From Candidatus Multivoradales bacterium (GTDB taxonomy: Bacteria; Acidobacteriota; Thermoanaerobaculia; Multivoradales; J023), in NCBI GenBank assembly GCA_965248925.1, contig CBDFLE010000006.1, positions 3,904,001 through 3,968,000 of the forward strand: a DNA stretch of 64,000 nt, given 5' to 3'. This document shows positions 31,437-39,500 of this stretch, in pieces (position 1 is the stretch's first letter; every line of letters begins with the position of its first letter). Under the pieces are notes generated by a model. That model did no database searches and had not been told where the DNA came from. It was given only the letters and a program-made list of their open reading frames with translations. The position numbers and the translations under genes are program-made.

Positions 31437-32852
31437 ATGGAGCGGGTGCCGATGCAACAAGGGGCGGTGTGGCGGGTAGTTTTGTTCTCACTGTTCTTCA
31501 GTAGCTGGCTATTGCTGCCGCTGGCAGCTACCGCGGCCTCGGCCGAGGAAGCCCTGCGTTGGTTGCGAGAATACGTCCAGATCGATACCACCAATCCCCC
31601 TGGCAATGAGCGTCCGGCGGCCGAATACCTGGCTGCGTTGTTGGCCAAAGAAGGTGTCGAAAGCCGGTTGTTGCACAGCCCCGAGGGCCGCACCAGCCTC
31701 TATGCTCGGGTCTCGGCGAGGAATTCGGAGTCGGGCGCCTTACTCTTGCTGCACCATTTGGACGTGGTTCCAGCGGGCAGCGGCTGGAGCCAGCCGCCTT
31801 TCTCTGGTCGGCTTCATCAAGGGCAGATCTGGGGCCGCGGGGCACTCGATTCGAAGAGTCTGGGCATTGCTCAACTGGTCGCCATGGTGCGGGCCCAACG
31901 GGTCGCCGATTCGCTGCGACGCGATCTGGTGCTGCTGGCGGTGGCCGATGAGGAGGTCGGTGGTGGGGAAGGGGCAGGGTGGATTCTCGACCAACATGCC
32001 GACTTGCTCGGTGAGATCGTCGGGGTGCTCAACGAAGGCGGTTCGAATCGCGTACTCGGTGATCGACTGGCCTTCTGGGGGCTCGAGATCACGCAGAAAC
32101 GCCCCCTCTGGTTGCGAGTTTCGGTTGCAGGCGCTGGTGGGCACGCCTCCGGCTTTCACCCCGACAGTCCCCTCCATCGCCTGCTAGCCGCCTTGGCGCG
32201 CTTGACGGAGCGACCGCCGCGGCTGCGGGTGAGCGCGGCGGCTCGAAACTATTTATCTGGTCTGGCGCGGCTCGAGCACGCCTCTCCAGAGCACGTCTAT
32301 TTCCATCTCGACCAGATCGTCAAAACCGGCGGAGCCCAAGCCGCTCTGCCAGTCGGAGTGATGAGCTATTTGCTCGACTCGCTGCAAGTCACCACCATCG
32401 AAGCTGGCGAGAGCATCAACGCAGTGGCTTCGAGGGCGACCGCCACGCTCGACATTCGCTTGCTGCCGGACACGGACGCCGCCGCTTACCTCTCCGAGTT
32501 GCGGCGAGTGCTAGGTGATGGGTTCAATGTCGAGGTGCTGCTTTCCGCTGGCCCGACCCCGGCCTCGCCCACCCGCGGTGAGGTATTCGATGCCCTGCGG
32601 CGTACTCTCGAAGTGCGGGCGCCGCTGTTGCCGACCTTCATGGTTGGTACCACGGATTCACGCTACTTTCGTCAGCGAGGAATCCCCGCCTATGGTTTCT
32701 CGCCCTTCGCCTTGCCCTCCGGTCGACGCTATGGCATCCACGGAATTGACGAGCATTTGCCGCGCACCGTTTTTCTACGTGGCGTCGAAACGCTGTGGCG
32801 GGTGGTGCAGGCTTGTACCGGCCCTGCTCGGCCGGCCCCGTCTGCGAATTGA
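31437..32852 (+). CDS. Secreted M20/M25/M40 metallohydrolase
   Basis: IDTTNPPGNE, HLDVV, WGRGALDSK, ADEE, TTDSRYFR, IHGIDE motifs. Confidence 0.92.
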   Translation: MERVPMQQGAVWRVVLFSLFFSSWLLLPLAATAASAEEALRWLREYVQIDTTNPPGNERPAAEYLAALLAKEGVESRLLHSPEGRTSLYARVSARNSESGALLLLHHLDVVPAGSGWSQPPFSGRLHQGQIWGRGALDSKSLGIAQLVAMVRAQRVADSLRRDLVLLAVADEEVGGGEGAGWILDQHADLLGEIVGVLNEGGSNRVLGDRLAFWGLEITQKRPLWLRVSVAGAGGHASGFHPDSPLHRLLAALARLTERPPRLRVSAAARNYLSGLARLEHASPEHVYFHLDQIVKTGGAQAALPVGVMSYLLDSLQVTTIEAGESINAVASRATATLDIRLLPDTDAAAYLSELRRVLGDGFNVEVLLSAGPTPASPTRGEVFDALRRTLEVRAPLLPTFMVGTTDSRYFRQRGIPAYGFSPFALPSGRRYGIHGIDEHLPRTVFLRGVETLWRVVQACTGPARPAPSAN

Positions 32853-32896
32853 GCGGCGATCGGATTTTGCTGATCGAACACGATATATTCCCTCCC

Positions 32897-33811
32897 ATGG
32901 GTAAGAAGTGGAGAGCGTGTTGCGGGCTGACGTGGATGATTTTTGCAAGTTTCGTCGCCGGTGGGCCGGCTTGGGGTGAGGATCCGCAATCGGCGTCGGG
33001 CGCTCCCTCGGGTGGGCTGCGCGCAGCCTGCGAGAGCATTGCCCGCAAGCTGGCCAGTGTACAACTGCAAGAGTGTCTGTCGCTGGGGCTTGAACTCAGC
33101 GGCGGCCGTTCAGTGCTCGGTACGCCGATATTGCACAAAGAATATCCGCCACTGGCGGGCCGCAAGCCGCTTGGCCGAGTGCTTTTATTCGGCGGAATTC
33201 ACGGTGACGAATACTCCTCGGTGACGATTGTCTTGAAGTGGATGGCGATCCTCAATCGCTTTCACTCCGGCCTGTTCCATTGGCAGATGGTGCCCTTGCT
33301 CAATCCTGATGGCTTGTTGCGTCGTCGGTCGCAGCGCATGAATGAGCACGGTGTCGATCTGAATCGCAACTTTCCGTGCCCCAATTGGCTGGCGGCGACA
33401 CAGGACTATTGGATCCGGCGCACCGGCCGCAATCTTCGGCGTTATCCCGGCAGTGCTCCCTTGGTCGAGCCGGAGAGTCGCTGGCTGGCGGATGAGATCG
33501 AGCGCTTTCGTCCCGATGTGATCGTCTCCGTGCATGCTCCCCACGGCGTGGTCGACTTCGACGGACCGCCCAAGGCGCCGGCACGCCTCGGTTCCCTGGA
33601 ACTCAAGCTGCTGGGAACCTATCCTGGCTCCTTGGGCCGCTATGCCGGGGTCAAGTTAGAGCTGCCGGTCGTCACCCTGGAGCTGCCCTCCGCTGGCAGT
33701 ATGCCGAGTTCCACCGAGCAAATCGGCATCTGGCGGGACCTGGTGCGCTGGTTGCGCCACCGCCTGCCCGCCGACCGGGCTCGCCGCGCCGCAGCGGCAA
33801 AGTCGGACTAA
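32897..33811 (+). CDS. mpaA: Murein peptide amidase A (M14 zinc carboxypeptidase)
   Basis: GGIHGDE, NPDG, GVDLNRNFP, SVHAP, YPGSLG, TLELP motifs. Confidence 0.85.
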   Translation: MGKKWRACCGLTWMIFASFVAGGPAWGEDPQSASGAPSGGLRAACESIARKLASVQLQECLSLGLELSGGRSVLGTPILHKEYPPLAGRKPLGRVLLFGGIHGDEYSSVTIVLKWMAILNRFHSGLFHWQMVPLLNPDGLLRRRSQRMNEHGVDLNRNFPCPNWLAATQDYWIRRTGRNLRRYPGSAPLVEPESRWLADEIERFRPDVIVSVHAPHGVVDFDGPPKAPARLGSLELKLLGTYPGSLGRYAGVKLELPVVTLELPSAGSMPSSTEQIGIWRDLVRWLRHRLPADRARRAAAAKSD

Positions 33812-33829
33812 GATCAAAAGCCTGTCTTC

Positions 33830-33877
33830 CGTCCCCGCGGGGACGTTATGACATAGCGAGGGGTTTCAACCCCTCGC
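33830..33877. repeat. REP-like double palindrome / bidirectional terminator between convergent genes
   Basis: Perfect 16-bp palindrome CGTCCCCGCGGGGACG, followed by hairpin GCGAGGGG-TTTCAA-CCCCTCGC. Confidence 0.65.
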
Positions 33878-33882
33878 GGAGT

Positions 33883-34953
33883 TCAGACGCCGCCTTCGAG
33901 CACGATCTTCCAACTCCCGTCCTGGCGCCGCCAATATTGATGTTTGAGCCGCTGCTGCTCAAAGTTGTTGCTGCGGTAGTTCTGCTCGAAGGTCACCAAA
34001 GCTAGCCCCTTCTCAGCTGGATCGAGATAGAAGCCGATCTCTTCTAGACTTACTTCAATGAAGTTCTTGCTCGCATTGACCCGCTTTTTGTGCGCCGCGA
34101 ATCGGCGCCGTGACATCGAGCCGCTCCGAAAGTCCTCGGCGTAATGCGACAAATAGCGCTCGGTCGCGCGGCTTTCCCAGTCGTGTCGCCAGCTCTCCAG
34201 CGTCGCGGCTAGGGAGTGGCGCAGCGGGTCGAGATCGCTCGCCGGCAGCCAGCGCAGGGTCCTACTGATCACCACCGGAGTGTGGGAGATCTCGACTTCT
34301 TGAGACAAGCGCAGGAAGTCCTTGTTGCGCAGGGTCAAGCAACCGCGGCTCGACTGCGGTAGCAGCTCTTCAGTGGTCTTGTCCGTTCCGTGGATCCAGA
34401 TGCCACTGCCGCTGTGTTCGCGTCGTTGGTCGAGGCTGTTCGGATAGTTGAGTGGCAAGGCACCCGCGCCATAGATCTCGGGTAATTCGTCGCCGGGAAT
34501 GTGGGCGACGATGAAGTAAATCCCTACTGGCGTCTTTTCGTCGCCCTCGACTTTCTTGGCGGCGCCGGCCTTGCCGATCGAGACGTAAAAGCTAGCGACG
34601 ATCTCCAGGCCCTGTTGGCCAGCGCGCAGGAGGTGTAACTTGTTGTTCTCTAGGTCGACCGTGATCGCGGTTTTGGTGTTGGGTGGCAGCTGCAGCACGG
34701 CGGCAGGGAACTGGTTTAGGGGTTGGCTTGCCCGCTTGGCAGCGCCTTGGCTGGTGCCTTCCTCGGCGCTGACTAGGCGTGGTTGGGCGGCTGGGCCCTC
34801 GGGCGGTGGCGTTCCCCAAATCGTTGCGGTCAGCAGCCAGCCGAGGGCGGCTAGCCTGGCCACGGTGGCATGTTTCGCGCGCACCGCTCGCCCACCCAGC
34901 GATGCGGGTTGAATCTTGCCACGGGTTGGCACGGGCTGGAGACGGCTCAACAT
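33883..34953 (-). CDS. L,D-transpeptidase (YkuD) with C-terminal NTF2/SnoaL-like domain
   Basis: EGDEKTPVGIY, LNYPN, GIWIHG...SRGC; C-terminal YLSHY...WKIVLE. Confidence 0.9.
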   Translation of the reverse strand: MLSRLQPVPTRGKIQPASLGGRAVRAKHATVARLAALGWLLTATIWGTPPPEGPAAQPRLVSAEEGTSQGAAKRASQPLNQFPAAVLQLPPNTKTAITVDLENNKLHLLRAGQQGLEIVASFYVSIGKAGAAKKVEGDEKTPVGIYFIVAHIPGDELPEIYGAGALPLNYPNSLDQRREHSGSGIWIHGTDKTTEELLPQSSRGCLTLRNKDFLRLSQEVEISHTPVVISRTLRWLPASDLDPLRHSLAATLESWRHDWESRATERYLSHYAEDFRSGSMSRRRFAAHKKRVNASKNFIEVSLEEIGFYLDPAEKGLALVTFEQNYRSNNFEQQRLKHQYWRRQDGSWKIVLEGGV

Positions 34954-35058
34954 GTTGCAGGCGGACTCACTTCGGGCGCAGGCGATTGGCGTGGCTCGGA
35001 GCGTCGATCCGTGTGACCGATCTTAGCGCGCGCGGGCCGCTTAGGGGGCCGCCGGACT

Positions 35059-35940
35059 TTAGAAGTTGATCACCAGGGCGGCGGAGAACAACGAGTCGAG
35101 ATCGTCGAGCGGAACTGGAACCAAGAGGCCGTCAAACTCCGGGAGGCTCGACTCAAGGGCGATCAGCTGGGCCGAAGGCAGATTGTCATATTTAAGCTGT
35201 AGGCTGAGCTTGAGCGCCAGGTGGTCGGTCATGTTCACCGCCAGCCAGTTGTCCATGTCGGCGCGCCAATCGTCGGTCTGGTCGAGGTTGTAGTCGACGA
35301 TCAAGTCGTTGCCGTAGTCGGTGGTCTGGTTGAGCTTGCGGAAGTACAGCCAGGTGAATTGCAGCCCGGCGAACTCGTTATCCACGCCGCTTAGGTCTTC
35401 CTGGCGGGTGAAAGTAACGCCATAGGTGGTCTTGAACCGCCGCGCGTCGTTGTCGAAATGGGTCCGGCCGATGCCCGCCCCAGCGCTGTAACGACTGTCG
35501 ATGCCTGCGAAGCGGTTGCGCTCCCAACCGCCTCCGGCGTACCAAAACAGCTGCTCGGTGAAGTTGCGATCGTAGCGCGCGCGCAGATAGTAGTTCTCGG
35601 CAGTGGCTTCAGTGGATTTGTCTTCGATCAGGGTGAAGTCGTCGGGGGTGCCGACCACCCGCCGTCCGACGGTGGTCGATTCGGCACGGATGCCGCCAAT
35701 CTTGAGCGAGAACTCGGCGCCATCCCACAGTCGGGTCAGATCGTTCTTGAAGCCTAGCGTACTGATCTCGGCATTGCCGCTGGTGAAGACATAGGTCAGC
35801 TCGGTGGTGTCGAACCAGCCGGTCTTGGGCTCTTCTTCTGCGGCTCTAGCGGTCGCGGGGAAGAGCGTTATGCAGGCGGTGGCGAGCACCGTGGCCAGCG
35901 TTGTTCGGATCTCAAGTTGCACTCTATTAACCTCCATCAA
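35059..35940 (-). CDS. DUF481/YdiY-family outer-membrane beta-barrel
   Basis: TSGN, WERNRFAGIDSRY, YDNLP motifs; C-terminal Phe. Confidence 0.85.
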   Translation of the reverse strand: MMEVNRVQLEIRTTLATVLATACITLFPATARAAEEEPKTGWFDTTELTYVFTSGNAEISTLGFKNDLTRLWDGAEFSLKIGGIRAESTTVGRRVVGTPDDFTLIEDKSTEATAENYYLRARYDRNFTEQLFWYAGGGWERNRFAGIDSRYSAGAGIGRTHFDNDARRFKTTYGVTFTRQEDLSGVDNEFAGLQFTWLYFRKLNQTTDYGNDLIVDYNLDQTDDWRADMDNWLAVNMTDHLALKLSLQLKYDNLPSAQLIALESSLPEFDGLLVPVPLDDLDSLFSAALVINF

Positions 35941-35990
35941 GTGATTGGACAGACCACTCGTGGCAAAGTCACACCGGCCCCATTGGCCGG

Positions 35991-36213
35991 CTATTGTTTG
36001 ACCGTTTCGCGCAGAAATCCAGTATTAGCGACCGACACCGTCTTGGTCGAGCAGAGTCAAGGTTGGGGTAATCGCTTTCAGCGTGCCGCGCTGGCCTTGA
36101 ATCTCGATTGGCTGACCGATGATAAAGAGCCGGCGGGCGTAGGAACCGTTCAGGATGCTGTGGGTGTCTTCGCGGCCGCAGAGGCCGAAAGACAGCCCGA
36201 AGGCCAACGCCAG
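35991..36213 (-). pseudogene. Degenerate 3' fragment of the mscS/CmpX-like gene (repeat copy 1; left module boundary)
   Basis: LAFGLSFGL...GQPIEIQGQRGTLKAITPTLTLLDQDG matches 61083-61313, with a small deletion. Confidence 0.9.
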
Positions 36214-36227
36214 CGCTTAGAAGGTGA

Positions 36228-36491
36228 AGTTCTTACTATTCCTCCCCCGGCCGTCAGTGAATTACCCACAAGTTCTGACGCTTCAATCATAGCGCAATTT
36301 CTGGGCTTCGCCGTTGGCGCCAGGATCTATAGATCCGGCAATTCAAGCCAATTCTTGGCCAGATGAGGTCCAGTCCATAGATCGACCTGTTGAAACTTGC
36401 TGGTCTGGCGGGCTCAACCTGTGGCCAGGGTGCGGCCCGTGAGTGACGAAGCACCTGCCCTGGTCGCTGCTTCGCAGAATCAAATCGAGGC
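36228..36491 (+). promoter_or_regulatory. Conserved control region (copy A1) upstream of Rhs1 with paired palindromic operator-like sites
   Basis: Colinear with 45037-45300, 46036-46299 and 60340-60603. Perfect palindrome GGATCTATAGATCC at 36323-36336 and a second site 48 bp downstream. Confidence 0.7.
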
Positions 36492-36562
36492 ATCAGGAAC
36501 CAACGCCCGCTATACAGAGTCTAAGAGGACGTGGGTAGCAGCTAGAAACAAGGAGAATTATT

Positions 36563-39500
36563 GTGATCCGATCCATCAGCCTCTTCCTTCTCATCAGTCT
36601 CCTTATCCTTCTAAATCTGCCAGCGGCACTGCAAGCCGGCACCGCCTGCAGCGGCGTCCTCACCTACCTCGAACAAGGATTCTCCGCTGACCAACCCTCG
36701 AACTGCTCCACCGGCTCCCGCTGCTACACGCCGGTCATCTCCGGCGCCACCTTCACCCCCGAGGCTGGCTGCGACCCGGCGATCGAATCCTGCGTCATCA
36801 CCATCGAAGTGCCGATCGACTTCGCCGGCAACCACCAAAACGACCCCAGCGCGTCGGGCTTCCTCTACAGCTTCGCGACCGTCACGGTGACCCCCAGCGG
36901 CGGCGGTACCCTGGGCACCTGCGGCTTGTCGGGCGCGGTGATCGAGGAAGATCACGGCACCTTGAGCTGGGGCATCACCAGTTCTTGCAGCGACCTGATG
37001 GCCAGCTACACCATCACCGCCACCGCCTGCCCTTGTGCCTTCGGCCTCTGTCCCCATTGCCCGAAAGAAACCACCCAAGTAGTCGACTTCAGCCTGTCGC
37101 CCCTCTGCCCACCTCCGCCCCCGCCCAGCGGCTGCCCGGAAGATGAAGATTGCCCCTCGTGCGTCGGTGGTGGCAGCGGAATAGGCGGTAGCGCCGGTGG
37201 TGGAGGCGGAGGCGCCTCGCCGCCGCAGAGCGGCCCCGGCGCCCTACTGCGCTACCACGCGGGAGGCGTTGGCCATCCGACCTACCCCGGCTCAGCCGGC
37301 ATCACCGCCGAGTTGGGGCGCTATTGGAGCCACGATTACGCCGAGAGAATCGCTCGCGACCCCGACGACAGCAACGTCTGGCTGCTCACTCGCTACGCTA
37401 CTTTCCGTCGCTTTACGGACTTGGACATGGATGGGGATTACGACCGCACGATTCCCAGCGATGAGTACCGCACCCTGACCAAGACCCCGACCGGCTGGAC
37501 CCTGCTCGATCTAGACGGCACCCTGATGCAATTCGACAACACCGGCCTATGGTCCTCGACCACCGACCGCAACGGCAACGCCAAGACCGCCAACCGCGAT
37601 GGCACCGGCCGGCTGACCACCGTCAGCTTCCCCGATGGTCGCTCGGAGACCTTCACCTACTCGGTGGGCGGCAGGCTGGACTCGATTACAGAAGTCGGCA
37701 TCGACAGCGCCACCGCCAGAACTTGGGGTTACACCTACACCGGTCAAGACCTCACCCGCATCGACCGACCCGACGGCACCGCCTGGGTTTTCCTCTACGA
37801 TGATCCAACTTTGCCGGGCTACATGACTCGAATGAGTCTGGCGGGTACAGACGCTAGCGAGCGGATCGCGGGCTCCTGGGCCTATGATCCCTTCGGCAAT
37901 GTAGTGCAAATGTGGAAAGGCGCAGCCAACTTCAACGATGCCGGCGCCGTCGATCGCTGGTCGATGAGCTTCGACGATACCCAGCTGCCCATGGTCACCA
38001 CGGTCACCGACCCCATGGGCGAGATCTCCACCTACACTCTGGGTCGCGACTCCGAGAGTCGCAAGCCTCGTCTGGAGCAGCTCGAAGGCTCCTGCCCGAG
38101 CTGCGGCACCGGCCCCAACAGCCGGCTGTTCTATGAAGATCCGGCACACCCCCTGCGGCCCACTCGCCAGATTGACGGCGGCGGCACCACGACGCTAACC
38201 ACCTACGACGCCAACGGCCAAGCAATCTCCCGTGTCGAAGCTCTAGGCACGGCGGAGGAGCGCGAGACCACTTGGCAGCGCGACCTCACCTACCCGGCCC
38301 TGATAACCGAGATCGAGCGCCCCTCGACCACCGGCAACCCTCTAGATTTCCGCCGTACAACCTTCACCCTCAGCGGCCAAGGCAACGCCACTGATCGGAT
38401 CGACGAAGGAGTAGAAGACGGCCAGGTCTTCAGCTACACCACCACGACCACCTACACCGCCGAGGGCCAACCCGAAGACCGCGACCCACCCGGCTACGGC
38501 ACCGCCGATGTCACCACCAGCGCCTGGGACGCTGCCCGTGGCGGCCTGGTGTTGGCCAGTCGCACCGATCCGCTGATCGGCAGCACCCTGTTCGGTTACG
38601 ACCCATTCAACCGCCGAACCTCCGTCACCGACCCCAACGGCGTAGCCAGCGAAACGCAGTACGACCCGCTCAATCGTGTTCTGTTCAGCCTCCAGAAAGG
38701 CGCGGTACCGGCCGAAGACCTGATCACCGAGCAGCGCTACACGGTCTTTGGCGATCTCTTCCAAACCGTCCTGCCGCGCGGCAACGTGATCGAATATTCC
38801 TATGATTCCGCAGGCCGACTTGTCTCGATCGAGCGCAAGCCCGATGACCTGCCCGGCAGCCACGTCGAGCGCACCTTCTACACCCTCGATGGCTTTGGTC
38901 ACCGGGTCCGCGAAGAGCTGCAAGGCTGGGACGGCGCGAGCTGGACGAGTGCGTCGACTACCGACTACCTGTACTCGACCCGCTGCCATCTCGACCAGAT
39001 GATCGAAGGCGCGGGCAGCCCCGAGCAGGCGATCACCGAATATGGCTACAATTGCGATGGCGACCTCGAACGCCTCTGGGACGCGAACCATCCATCGGCG
39101 GGCCAGACTGCGGCAGCCAGCACGGTCTACGGCTACGATCCACTCGACCGATTGACCACGGTCAGCCAGCCATTCGGGGGCGCGGCCGGCGGCCAAGCCG
39201 TGACGACCTACGGCTTTGACGTTCAGGATCATCTGACCACGGTGAGGGACCCAGAGGGCACGGTCACCAGCTACGTCCACAGCGATCGAGATCTGCTGAC
39301 CCGCGAGACCTCCGAGGTTGCCGGCGTGACCAGCCATCTGTACAACGAGCACGGCGAGCGCACAGAGACGACCGATGCACGCAGCATCTCCACCCTGCGC
39401 ACCCTCGATGAGCTGGATCGGGTGACCCTGGTCGACTACCCCGACGACACCCTCGACGTGACCTACACCTACGATGACGCGCTGGTGCCCTTCAGCCTCG

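Noticed and set aside
27888-34953. Peptidoglycan-enzyme cluster as a novel system
   Set aside because: Ordinary, recognisable envelope-maintenance families in mixed orientation.
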